NCBI GenBank assembly: GCA_963714015.1
Contig: OY970223.1
Coordinates: 2,144,001 to 2,208,000, forward strand
DNA: 64,000 nt
From: Vulcanimicrobiota bacterium
GTDB taxonomy: Bacteria > Vulcanimicrobiota > Vulcanimicrobiia > Vulcanimicrobiales > Vulcanimicrobiaceae
Reading direction: 5' to 3'
Shown here: positions 9,982 through 20,761 of the stretch, one piece after another
How positions within the stretch are numbered: the first letter of the stretch is position 1
Layout: the number at the start of each line of letters is the position of its first letter
Program-made: the position numbers and the translations under genes
Notes under the pieces: model-generated
What the model was told of the DNA's origin: nothing
Database searches by the model: none
What the model saw: only the letters and a program-made list of their open reading frames with translations

Positions 9982-10716
9982 CTAACGAACGTAGCTGCCG
10001 CCGTTGACGTCGATGGTTGCGCCATTGGCGTAGTCTCCCGCTCCGCTGCAGAAGAAGGCCACGATCGAGGCGACTTCGGCGGGCGTTCCGACGCGCCGGC
10101 CGGGAATCTCCGCCTCGATCTCGCTGCGCCGGTTTTCGAGTTCTTCGGCGGCCATCTCGGTGTTGATGAAGCCGGGAGCTATAGAGATTGAGACGATGCC
10201 GTCTTTCGCGCACGAACGCGCAATGGATTTCGTAAGGTTGTTCAGCGCCGCTTTGCTCGCTCCGTAGTCGGCGAAACTCAATTCGCCGCGATGCGACGAA
10301 CGCGAAACGATGTTGACGACGCGTCCGGTTCCCCGCTCACGCATATGTTGGAGCACCAAAAACGTTAGGTTGGCGCAGCCGAATACGTTGACGGCGAACG
10401 TTCGCTGCCACCCGGCCCGCCAGTGCTCGTAGCTGTTCTCGAAGAAGGGGTTGTACTCGAAAATGGCCGCGTTGTTAACGAGCACGTCGATCGAACCAAG
10501 CTGCGCGATGCATCGTTCGACGAGTGCCGGAAGCGCTGCGGAATCCGCGATGTCACACTGCATTGCCGTAACGCCGGAAAGGAACTCCCGGCGCAAGCTT
10601 TGCGCGGCGTCCGCGTTGGTGTTGTACGTGAAGAAGATGCGGTCGCCGGCGGCGTGGAGCGCGCGTACGATCCCGGCGCCGATTCCGCGCGAACCGCCGG
10701 TGAGCAGCACGTTCAT
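9982..10716 (-). CDS. SDR family oxidoreductase (FabG-like)
   Basis: TGGSRGIG, VNNAA, YGASK, PGFINT, VNGG. The ATG overlaps the RES gene stop. Confidence 0.93.
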   Translation of the reverse strand: MNVLLTGGSRGIGAGIVRALHAAGDRIFFTYNTNADAAQSLRREFLSGVTAMQCDIADSAALPALVERCIAQLGSIDVLVNNAAIFEYNPFFENSYEHWRAGWQRTFAVNVFGCANLTFLVLQHMRERGTGRVVNIVSRSSHRGELSFADYGASKAALNNLTKSIARSCAKDGIVSISIAPGFINTEMAAEELENRRSEIEAEIPGRRVGTPAEVASIVAFFCSGAGDYANGATIDVNGGSYVR

Positions 10717-11381
10717 GCGTTGATGCTCGCGATGGAGGCTACGGCGATGATGCGCTCGCCGTTCCAGCGAAACTGCAGATACTTGTGAATGCGGCAGTTT
10801 TTGATAAGACGCGGCCGAAAAGCGCAGATGCATTCACCGCCCGGGTGGCGGACGCTGTTGTAAACGACGCCGTCGGCTTCGTTTTTTTCATAGATTCCGC
10901 GCGCGTACTCCTGCGAATATTCGTAGGACTTGGGGTCGTACACTTTGGATCGCATCGATTTCGCGCGAACGTCGTCGTAGCGGCCGCCGATGGACGCGCA
11001 GTACATCCGCTTGTCGACGTCGATGCTGGGTTCGTTCGTTGCGCGAAGAAACTGCTCGGTCCAGTACCGCGATTCCGCGATTGCAGTTTCCTCTTCGTGC
11101 CCCGCATAGTACACGCCGTAGCTTCCGTCGGTAAAGCGGCTCGGACCTGAGTAAGCGAACGAAGCCATGATTGGCGTGGCGCCTGGACCGCTCACGGCGT
11201 CCTCAGCGCGCACTTTACGGTAGTCGCCGGCCTCTTCGCGAAGGCGCGGATTGGTGAGTGCCTCGAGCTCGAGCACTGCTTGGAAGTTGCGCGCATTCGT
11301 TATGCGGTCGTACACGCTGACCATCGGATACTTGGAGGCGACGACGCGGTAAGAACGGCTCCAATGCAGAGTCGTCAGCAT
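10713..11381 (-). CDS. RES-domain toxin (MbcT/ParT-like)
   Basis: YRVV, SRFTDGSYGVYYA, AIAE and YNSVRH give the R-E-S residues; lies downstream of an Xre antitoxin. Confidence 0.9.
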   Translation of the reverse strand: MLTTLHWSRSYRVVASKYPMVSVYDRITNARNFQAVLELEALTNPRLREEAGDYRKVRAEDAVSGPGATPIMASFAYSGPSRFTDGSYGVYYAGHEEETAIAESRYWTEQFLRATNEPSIDVDKRMYCASIGGRYDDVRAKSMRSKVYDPKSYEYSQEYARGIYEKNEADGVVYNSVRHPGGECICAFRPRLIKNCRIHKYLQFRWNGERIIAVASIASINA

Positions 11382-11785
11382 CCGCGCATCGCATCCAGAT
11401 AACGGCGCACCGCGATCAAGTCTTCGAAACGCCCGCTGAGCATGTACTCCAGCGCGCTGCGGCCTTTGAACAGCGGCGCGTGATTGGGGCGGCGGATCCA
11501 ACCGTCGGCGGCTTCGGGACGCGGCAGCAGGATGTTGAGCGATTTAAAGATGCCGAGCAAATGAGAGATGCGTTCCAGCCCGTCGGGGGAGAGCCTTGCG
11601 GACTCGGGCTGCTTGAGGTACTTGAAGAACGTCGATTCCGGCATTGAGCCGAGCAGCGTGCGCTGCTCGGCTGTAGAGAGCGCCCAGTTCTCGGCAATCC
11701 TTGAAAATGCGTGCAGTGCCGGTCCGCTCAACCGGTTTGTCGCCGCAGGCGGCTCCCGCTCGGCCGTAATCTTGGCTCTCGCCAC
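11375..11785 (-). CDS. Xre/MbcA/ParS-type antitoxin
   Basis: WALS..EQRTLLG HTH, LERISHLLGIFKSL, WIRRPN..F.GRSALEYM. Confidence 0.9.
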   Translation of the reverse strand: MARAKITAEREPPAATNRLSGPALHAFSRIAENWALSTAEQRTLLGSMPESTFFKYLKQPESARLSPDGLERISHLLGIFKSLNILLPRPEAADGWIRRPNHAPLFKGRSALEYMLSGRFEDLIAVRRYLDAMRGC

Positions 11786-11803
11786 GTTGTGAAGTCTCCG
11801 TTT

Positions 11804-11876
11804 ACTCTAAATATAGAGTCACGCACGGGGTCCTGTCAAGATGGGGGAAAATGCCGGAGTACTCTACATTGAGAGT
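11804..11876 (-). promoter_or_regulatory. Sigma70-like promoter and two palindromic operators of the xre-res operon
   Basis: Minus-strand TTGACA (11839-11834), N18, TATATT (11815-11810). Palindromes ACTCTA-AATA-TAGAGT (11804-11819) and ACTCTA-CATT-GAGAGT (11861-11876). Confidence 0.7.
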
Positions 11877-11915
11877 TGGCCGGATGGGCGAACGTTGCCG
11901 AAACGAGTCGCGGGT

Positions 11916-13067
11916 CTATCGCGGGAGCCGCGCGGCAAGCGCGTCGCGGTCGCGCTCCAGCTGCGCGATTTCCGCCTTCGTGCTCGCGTCGGCTGCACTA
12001 TCGGTCTGTCGAATTTCGGAAAAGCGGGCAGCGATGTCGTTCCCGGCCGCGCTATAAGCGGCGACCGTCGCCGCGGCATCGTCGCGAAACGCTTGCGCAC
12101 CCGAGGCGCGCATTGCAGTTACGCGCGAGCGCAAATCGGCATTGACGCCGGAGGCTTCGCGCGGGCTCGAGCCAAGCGGCAGACTCGCCGGAGTTCCTTT
12201 CTGCGCCGCCAGCACGTCGCGCCGCTGTGCAAGGTTCGCCTGCGTGCGCAGCGTGAGCCGGGCGCTCATGGCGGCGACGTCGCTATTTGCCTGCGTCAGC
12301 AACCGTTCGCGGTAGGCCGAGAGCACTCGGGCATCCGCAGCCTGCGCTTGCGCTGCGGCGCGATTCTCGCGAGCCTGCATTGCGGCAAGCTGCGCCCGGA
12401 TCGCAGCGGTTTGCGAGGAGTCCAGGGCTAGTGTCCCTTGCTTGGCGCGCAATTGCAGTCGCGTCGGCGCATCGCGGCGCGCCAGTTCGAGCAGAAGCGC
12501 CGACTCTTTCTCGTTCAGCTCCGCGGCGCGGTACTGATACGCCTGCGTCGTGCGTTCTTGAATCGCGCGCACGAAGGTGGCGTAGGCGCGCTGCTGCTGC
12601 GCGAGCAGCGCGTGCTCGTAGGCGGCCATATCGCCCTGCGCGCCGTTGCGCAATTGTGCGTACTCGGAGCGATAATCCGATTGCAGCCGCTGCTGCACGT
12701 CGGCGCGGCTCGGCGCTGAAGCCGAAGCGGCCGCGAGAACGGCGCTGACGGCGTCATCTTCGCGCGCGGCGTAGGCCGCAGCTTTTTGTGCGATGAGCGA
12801 ATTTGCTCGGCTCGAGTCGGCTGCGACGTCGCGTTTCAATGCAGCAACCGCCGCGTCCACATTGCTCGCGGTGTTTTGGAATGCCGGCGCGCCGAACGTC
12901 GCGCGCAGCGCCGCAATCTGCCGGTCGTACTGCGCGATCGCTCCTCTGAGGACGCCTTGCTCGGAGGCGCTGAGCGGCGCGGCATGCTGCACCGGAGCGG
13001 CGCTTGCAGCGCATCCGGCGAGCACGAGCGTTGCGCACGAGAGGAGAATCTTAAAATTTATGTTCAT
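11916..13067 (-). CDS. Ala/Gln-rich coiled-coil lipoprotein
   Basis: Lipobox LAGC and long helical composition; overlaps the end of tamB. Confidence 0.75.
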   Translation of the reverse strand: MNINFKILLSCATLVLAGCAASAAPVQHAAPLSASEQGVLRGAIAQYDRQIAALRATFGAPAFQNTASNVDAAVAALKRDVAADSSRANSLIAQKAAAYAAREDDAVSAVLAAASASAPSRADVQQRLQSDYRSEYAQLRNGAQGDMAAYEHALLAQQQRAYATFVRAIQERTTQAYQYRAAELNEKESALLLELARRDAPTRLQLRAKQGTLALDSSQTAAIRAQLAAMQARENRAAAQAQAADARVLSAYRERLLTQANSDVAAMSARLTLRTQANLAQRRDVLAAQKGTPASLPLGSSPREASGVNADLRSRVTAMRASGAQAFRDDAAATVAAYSAAGNDIAARFSEIRQTDSAADASTKAEIAQLERDRDALAARLPR

Positions 13068-16000
13068 ACATGAAACTCGTTCCGCTGCTTCCGAGCGCCG
13101 GCTGCATCAGCGTGCTGCCGCCGCCGTTGTCGAATCCCAGCAGGTTGTTGCTTTGCGCGAAGCTCAGCAGCGAGGGCGACTGCACGTCATAGAACATCAG
13201 ATTGAAAGCGGTCGACTCGCCATGATGCGCTTCGATGCTCAAACTCTGGCGCTTCGGCTGGGCCATCGTCTCGTCGTAGACGACGGTCATATGTTTTCCG
13301 AACGCCTTGGCGGCGCTAACACCGAATCCGCTGGCGAAGTCGTCCGTGAGCTGCAGATTCTGCAGTCCCAGTGCGGTTCCCAACTGTGCGGAAAGCGGCT
13401 CGAGCATCTCACGCGTAAAGAACGTGTTCACCTCGCCCGAAGCCAGATTTGCGACGGCGGAGTTCGCCGAAAAGTCGCCCGCTCCGGCCAGTGCCGGACC
13501 GCTAGGACCTCCGATACCCGCCAGTAATCCCATGATCTGCTGTTCGTTGTACGGCGGATCCGAATCGAACGCGATGTGGAGATTATCCGGCGCAAGACCG
13601 CTGACGTTGATTGAGACGAACGTGGTCTGCGGAGTGGTCAGAGTCGTCGTGGCAGTTGCGTTTACGAACGGCATAATTCCGTTCGCCGGATCGAACCGCA
13701 CGCGAGCGCTCTGTATGCCGAAGGTGCGGAAGAAGCTCACGGTGCCGCCGGTCGCCTGGAATGCGCCGCGCAGCGTTGGGTCTTGCAGCGTTCCCCCTAC
13801 GGTTACCGCGCCTTGCGCGCCAACGTCAACGTTGGAGCTCTGCACGCGCACGTCGTTACCGACGTGGGCAGTGAGGTTCAAAGCAACGTCCGGCAGCGTT
13901 TTTTTCGGCCCCTGAGGCGCTTTCGGATTCCAGAATGCGGTCAGCGGAATCCGCGCGCTCGGCAGGTCGACTGTTCCAGCGATTGCAGGGGCGGCGCGCG
14001 GCGTCGTGCGCGAGGCGGTGACGTCCGCGTCGATCTTTCCGCGGAAGTACTGCGGACTGTTGAACTGTGCACCTTTGGCGACGACACGCGCGTTGAACGT
14101 CGCCGCCCGGATGTCGCGAACGTTCGGCAAATGGGCGCTGCCGAGCAGATCCATCGTTCCGCCGCCAACGTCGGCATGGACCGCTTGCAGCGCAACCGTC
14201 CTTCCGGAGAAGATCACGGCGCCGTTCATTTTGGAGATGGGATTCTGGTCGATCGGTCCGACGAAATATCCGTTGTGAAGCGCGATTTGTCCGGCGAGCA
14301 GCGGATCGTCGAGCGTGCCGTCGATCGTCATCGCGCCCGTCAGCGTTCCCGCCAAACGAGTACCTTTCGGCAGCGCGCTCTCGAAGTTACTGAAATCTAC
14401 GTTGTCGGCCGCGATCGCCAAACGCACCGGTTTATTTGCGGGATCCAGCTGCACGTGCGGTTTCATCGCAATAGGAACCCAGCCCGAGGCGGTAATCCGC
14501 CCGCGCGCAAACTGAACCAACCCGTTACGGATCTGCACTCGTGATTGGTTCACTGCGACGACTGCGCTGGCTGCCGGGATCGTCAGATCCTTGTACCGGA
14601 GCCGCGTGAGTGCAAGCGTGTCGGTCAATTGCGGATCGGTGCGCGTGCCCTGCACGCGCAGAGTCGTGTCGAGCGCTCCGGTAACCGGCGGCGCTTTTCC
14701 GCTCGCGGAGCGCATCAGCGCACCGACGTCGGGGCTAGTCGCGCGCATCGACAAATCCAGCGGATCGTTTGCGTGCAGGCCGAACGTGCCCGACCCATTT
14801 GCGGTGAGGTACGGAATCTGCACGATCGCTTGCGTGATGCTGCCGTGTCCGCGTGAGGCGCTCAGCGCAAGCTGCGCGCGCTGCAACTGAATTCTGCCCA
14901 CCGTTCCGCGTTCGATTGCCGCATTCGCAGCGATCGTTTCATCGGGAAAGCGCCCGCGAACGGCCGCATGCGCATTGAGTTTGCCCGTCACGGGTGCGGA
15001 ATAGCCCATCATCGGAAGCCATGTAGCCAAATCCAGATTCGAAACGTCTGCGTTCAGATTCGCGTCCGCGTGCGTGGCGAGATCCGCTACACTGTTGAAA
15101 GGCGGAACGGTCACAATCCCTGCCAGCGTGGCGCGGCCGGAATCTCCGCCGACGGCGGCATTCAGCGCGATCGTTTGCCCTTGCGTCTGCCAATTTGCAG
15201 CGGCGTTACCGAGGTCGAAGCGCCGGAATCGGACGCCTTGCAGCGCCACGTTGCCGTTGGTGGCGATAGTTCCGCCGATTTCGCGCGCATCGAGCGCTAC
15301 GCGCCCGGTTCCGGCGAGCGTGTCTCCCGTATCGAAATAGTCGTTGAAGTCGGCGAGGTTCGCGCGCGGCGCGGTCATCGCCGCGCTCATTGCGCCGCGA
15401 GCGGCCGCAGCGTCGAACGCGACGGAAGTAGAACCGATAGCGACATGTCCGTTGCCGATCGTCATGTCTTGCGGCGTACCGCGAAGGTTTGCGCGCATGT
15501 CGCGAAACGCAAGACCGTGCACGGATCCTTCGGGCACGCTCAGATCGCCGTTCACCGCGATCGCTTTGCCGCTACCGCCTACGTGGACGTTCGCATCGAT
15601 GCTGCCTTCAATGTCCTGCTTGGAAAGTTTGGGCTGCGCGATCGCAATCAGCTGATGCGCATCGGCTGCGCGCAGAGTCGCATTGAGGTCGTATTGCGGC
15701 AGCATCGTCCCGGTTCCCAAACGGACGCCCGAGACGTTTCCGTCGATCGCTATAAGCGCGGGGCCGAGTCCGACCATGCCGTCGCGAAGCGTGAGGGTGT
15801 CGCCGCTATAAGCGATCGCGCCTTGCGCATCGATCGGGAATTTGTCGTACATTCCTCGATTCAGCAGCAGCGTTCCGTTCACGTCCGGTGCGGTAATAGG
15901 CCCGCGCACCGTTGCGGCAAAGTCCGCTCGGCCCGCGGTCAGCGGCACGCCGGCGCCGTGGAGCGCCTGCATGTTCAAATTTGCGACGGTCAGCGCCATA

Positions 16001-18091
16001 CCGCGATTGAGCGTTCCCGTGGCGCTCGCGCGTCCGCTTCTAGCGACGAGCGCGCGCGCCGCGTAAACTCGAACGGTCTTTCCTTGAGTTCCGATCGTCG
16101 CGCTCATGCCGTTAATCGGCACGCCGCGCACCGTTGCGTTGGAGAATCGCGCCTGATGAATCTGAGCTACGGCGCGCCCGCCGTCGTATACCAGCGCTAT
16201 CGGCGCATTGACGCTTCCGGTGGCGGGCATGCTTCCGGCAAACTGTGAGAGCGCCGAAAGCGAACCGGCGTAACGCCCCTCCAGCGCGACGTGGTTGGTG
16301 CCGGAGATCGTTCCTGCGGCGTGCAGCGTTCCGAACGAGCCGCGCGCGTTCAGAGACGAGACGCGCACGTCTCCGAGCGTTCCGCCGAAGCGAGCGCTCG
16401 CGTCGGCGATTTCGATCTTTCCATACCTGGCATTCTGAAGATCCGCATCGCCCAGCATGCCGAGCGCTTTGCCCTGCTGCGCTGCAAACACGCTGCCGGT
16501 CATCTGCGCGCTGCCCCGATAATTGATCGGAAAGTTTCGCGCGCTAACGAGGGCCTGCGTAGCGTCGTGCGGGTGATCGATAGCGATCCGTGCATAGAGC
16601 GAGCTTCCCGGCTCGTCCACTTCGAGCGGCCCTGCCGTTCCGACGCCCTGACTGTTCACGTGGAACGTGCCGGCCAGTTGCGAGTCAAAACCGGATCCGC
16701 TCACGACGCCGCGCGTATCGATCTTTTTCAGATTGTCGGCGAATGCGAGAACCGAGCCCTGCAGCTGCATCGACGGCGCGATCGCCGGCGCAAAGGGAAC
16801 GTCGCCGCTCGGCCCTTCCATGCCCGCAAGGATCTCCACCGCGCGCGGACCGGACTGCAGTGAGACGCGGCCTCGAGCATTTACCGAAAGGCGCCGGTAG
16901 CCGACGCTTGCGCTCAGCACGTCGGCCTCTCGTCCGTCGAAGGCGACCAACGCCTGCGGCTCGTTCAGCAGCGTGCCTTTGTAGTTCAGCCTGTCCGGAG
17001 CGTGCGGAAATGAGGACGAGCGGACTTTTCTGAGTGCCTTCGGCAAGCATTGCAAACGCGAGCGGTCCGCGAACCGGCAGGCGCGCCGTCTGAGCCAGCG
17101 CGCTCGTCAGTTGCGATGCATCGCCGCTTCCTTGGATCAGGAAGCGGATGCGCGGATGCGAAAGATCGCTGATTCCGCCGCGCACGCTTACCGGAATGCC
17201 GTTCAAATCGGCAGTGAAATCACCGGTCGTAGCGGCGTCACTGCTTACGTCCAGCCGGCCTTTTCCATCGCGGATCGGCGTGCGCAGCTGCGCAGCGGCG
17301 ACCTTCGCGCCTTCGACGTACGCGCTTGCCGCGAGTTTTCCGTAAAAGCGCACGTCAACACCGGTCAACGCTCCGCCGATCATGCGCATCGCGCGATTGT
17401 TGATGCCGTAGTTCACGATGCGCGGAAGCGGAACGCGAGCCGCGCTCCAGTGCTGCAGGTTCAAACCGCTGCGCTCGTCGATCGTCCCGTTCCCATAGAT
17501 CGGATAACGCCGCGATCCCTCTCGGTAAATAAGCGACGCGACGTACGTCGTACTCGCTGCCGTGTCGACCGACGCACTGAGGTTCACGCGATCGACGTAG
17601 AGGTGTTGTGAGTCGGAATCGACGCGCGTATAGTCTGCGACGCTGACGCGGCCATTCAGGATCCGGGCCGTAAACCAGAGCGGCGATGCCGCGCGCGGAG
17701 ATGCGGCTTTCTTAGCCTGTGACGGAATGTTGTAGGTGCCGTCGCGATTGTGAATGATGGTGACCTGCGGGTCGTAGACCACGATTGAATGCAATCCGAA
17801 GCGGTGCCGGCTCCCCGGCAGAACGTCGCGCAGATCGTAGGTCAAGTCCAATCGCGGGATGTAGGCAATCCGCTGTCCGCGGTGCGAACTTACGATGACA
17901 CCGGTAAGTTCGGCGTGGTTCGAATGAAGCGCGATGCGGCCGAAGTTTATATTCGTTCCGGTGGCCGCGCCGACGATCTTTGGAATGAGCGCGGCAGCTA
18001 CCGTGCCGCGAAAGGCATACGCCAAGCCGGCCACGAGGACCACTACCGCCAAGACCGCGGCGAGCGCTCGCCGCCTGCGCACATACGCCAT
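13051..18091 (-). CDS. tamB: TamB/AsmA-like translocation and assembly module protein (frameshift near 16990)
   Basis: N-terminal TM anchor, long Gly-rich beta-strand repeats, C-terminal DUF490-like region (GTVSFF, FDSDPPYNEQQIMGLL); joins ORFs 16685..18133 and 13051..17055. Confidence 0.8.
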
Positions 18092-18169
18092 GCCGGGGTT
18101 ATGCCCCGGTCTGGAATTATTACGCGGAGTCATTCGGCCCTCGGGGCCTCCGAAGGGTACATGCGCCGC

Positions 18170-19034
18170 ATGGCGAGCGACGATTCGAACAGCGGTAATG
18201 ACGGCGGAGGGAACGTCGTCGCGCTAAGTCCGACCGAGGAGCGGGAGGTACGTAAGCGTTCGGCATTGCGCGCCGCAGTCGTGTTCGAGACGATTCGTCG
18301 AGAAGGTGAATCGGGAGCTCGAACGCGGGCCGGTTGCGCTCGCACTCTCCGGCGTTGCAGCAGGACTTTCGATGGGTTTTTCGCTCGTCGGTTCCGGCGT
18401 GCTTTACGCTTATCTCCCGCCCTCGCACTGGAAGCCGCTGCTGTCGAGCATCGGTTATACGTTCGGCTTTTTGATCGTGGTATTAGGCCGGCAACAACTC
18501 TTCACCGAAAACACGCTGACCGCGATGCTTCCGGTGCTCGACGATCGCGACAAGATCGGTAAGGGCGTGCAAATGATTCGATTGTGGGCGATCGTGCTGC
18601 TCACGAATCTGGCGGGCGCGGCGATCTTTGCGCTGGGCGCATTTCACACGCAGGCCTTCACGCCGGAAGTAAAAGCAGCGTTCTTGCAGCTCGGGCTGCA
18701 GTCGCTCCATCCGACGGTTGCCGAGATTTTTTGGCGGGGCATTCTTGCCGGATGGCTGATCGCTTTGATGGTTTGGCTGTTACCTGCAGCCAACCCGCAG
18801 CGCGTTTGGATCGTCGTCATCATCACGTGGATCGTGAGCGCGTCGGGCTTCAGTCACGTGATTGCGGGCTCGGTCGATGCGCTTTACGCCGTTTGCGCCG
18901 GAGCCTGGCCCTGGACGCTGTATGTTACGAACTTTCTGGTGCCGGTCCTAATCGGCAACTGCATCGGAGGAGCGGGCCTCGTTGCAATTCTCAACTACGG
19001 ACAAGTCGCCACGGAAACGCCCGAGCAGTCGTAA
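18170..19034 (+). CDS. Formate/nitrite transporter (FNT, YfdC-like) (frameshift near 18313)
   Basis: FETIRREG/ELER, SGVAAGLSMGFS, GRQQLFTENT, GFSHVIAGS, GNCIGG. Confidence 0.85.
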
Positions 19035-19060
19035 GGCATCCGTTGAACGAATCGACGGTC

Positions 19061-19942
19061 CTACGCCGCGCTCTGAGGCTGCCGAGATCGAATCCGTAGC
19101 CGGTCGCGAATGGCACGGCTTGGAACGCGGACGCGATCCGCGAGACGCAGCAGGTTCAGCAAGCGGATCGTCCACCACGTAAGGTCGATTTCGTACCACG
19201 CCATGCCGTGGCGCGCCGAGTACGGAAATGCGTGATGATTGTTATGCCAGCCTTCCCCCCAGGAAATAAGCGCCACCCACCAAGAGTTCGTGGAACGATC
19301 CGTCGTGCGATACGTCCGATATCCGAACATATGCGTTGCGCTGTTGACCAGCCACGTTGAATGGTAGGCGAGGACCAAACGAACGAAGATTCCCCATACG
19401 ACGAAGGGCCAGCCGCCGGCGGCAAAGAGCAGTGCAGCGAATGCAAACTGCATCGGCAGATGGAGATGAAAGAGCACCCGGTAAAACGGCTCGTTCCATA
19501 AATCGGGACAGTACTTGGCGAAGTCTTCCGTTTTCGGAATGTTCGGGTTCGGCTTGAAGAGCCACTCGACGTGCGCCCAACTGAATCCCTTGCGCGTGCT
19601 ATGCGGATCGCCTTCGCGGTCCGAGTTGGCGTGATGTACTCGATGCGTGGCAACCCAGGTTATGGGGTCTCCCTGAAAAGCGAGCATTCCCAACAGCGCC
19701 ATGAAGTACTCGACCGGCTTACGCAAACGGACGCTGCGATGCGAGAGCGTGCGGTGATAGCAGAGCGTAATTCCCCAGGCCCCCGTGGCATACGCAATGA
19801 TGGCCGCCGCGACCAGCGCCCACCACGAAAAGAGCGCCGGAACCACTGCCGCCGCAGCGCCCAGGTGAATAACTAAAAGGCCGATTCCTGTCGGCCAGTT
19901 CGGTCTAGCATCACGCATGTAGCGCAGATTCCCATTTCTCAC
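19061..19942 (-). CDS. Delta-9-type acyl-lipid/acyl-CoA desaturase
   Basis: His boxes HRTLSH, HRVHH and HNNHH; GEGWHNNHH. Confidence 0.93.
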   Translation of the reverse strand: MRNGNLRYMRDARPNWPTGIGLLVIHLGAAAAVVPALFSWWALVAAAIIAYATGAWGITLCYHRTLSHRSVRLRKPVEYFMALLGMLAFQGDPITWVATHRVHHANSDREGDPHSTRKGFSWAHVEWLFKPNPNIPKTEDFAKYCPDLWNEPFYRVLFHLHLPMQFAFAALLFAAGGWPFVVWGIFVRLVLAYHSTWLVNSATHMFGYRTYRTTDRSTNSWWVALISWGEGWHNNHHAFPYSARHGMAWYEIDLTWWTIRLLNLLRLADRVRVPSRAIRDRLRIRSRQPQSAA

Positions 19943-20604
19943 GCAGCTCTATCGTGTTCGCAAAGACGCCCGGCACCTGCACGGCACCGGGCGTCTTGCT
20001 GCTGCACCCGAGGAAATACCTGGTGAGCTGATACCAAACCCGCGCGCAAGGCATAAACCGCTACCTGAGTTCGCGCCGTCAGGTTCATTTTAGCCAGAAT
20101 GTGCGAGATGTGGTTCTTCACCGTCTTATCGCTCAGTGAAAGCCTCGTGCTGATCTCCTTATTGGAAAGACCCTCGGCGACGAGTCGAACCACCTCCATC
20201 TCGCGTTCGGAGAGCCCGGAAAGCGCTTCGGTGCCGCCGGTCGCCAGAACCCGGAGGCGAGGACGCGCTGCGCCCGGGAACGATGGGACAAGCATCTTGA
20301 CCGCGCCCAAAAGGTCGCGCAAGTTCAAATCACCGAGCGCTTCAAGCAGGCAAACTCGCGTGCCGGGGGAGACTTCCGCAACGTACTGCTCCGCCTGGGC
20401 AGCGTCGACTGCCTGATCGCTCTGGTCCAAAATGACGATCTCGGGGCGCAGCTCCGCGATGGGCGCCGTCCCAACGGAGGGTGACTCGCCGATTACGGCG
20501 ATGCCCTCGTCCAACTCGAGCAACCGCGAAAGCGCCCGCAGAATAAGCGGATCCTTGCCGACCACCATAACCCGCGCCAGCGCCGGTTCTTGCAAATAGG
20601 CCAT
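19939..20604 (-). CDS. NarL/LuxR-family regulator with a degenerate receiver domain
   Basis: LSEREMEVVRLVAEGLSNKEIS...TVKNHISHIL HTH. The true stop may lie near 20030. Confidence 0.85.
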   Translation of the reverse strand: MAYLQEPALARVMVVGKDPLILRALSRLLELDEGIAVIGESPSVGTAPIAELRPEIVILDQSDQAVDAAQAEQYVAEVSPGTRVCLLEALGDLNLRDLLGAVKMLVPSFPGAARPRLRVLATGGTEALSGLSEREMEVVRLVAEGLSNKEISTRLSLSDKTVKNHISHILAKMNLTARTQVAVYALRAGLVSAHQVFPRVQQQDARCRAGAGRLCEHDRAA

Positions 20605-20761
20605 CCCGCACTCCAATAAGGAAAGTCGAACACCAAAAGCCTACTCCGGTCATTTTTCATGGGACTTACGACCTATGAGGGCGGCCTTACAAAGCGATTA
20701 CACCGCTGCCTGCTTGGGTGCTACGGAAGTCGGAAGGGCCGCCCGTGTCGTAATTAGAGGG

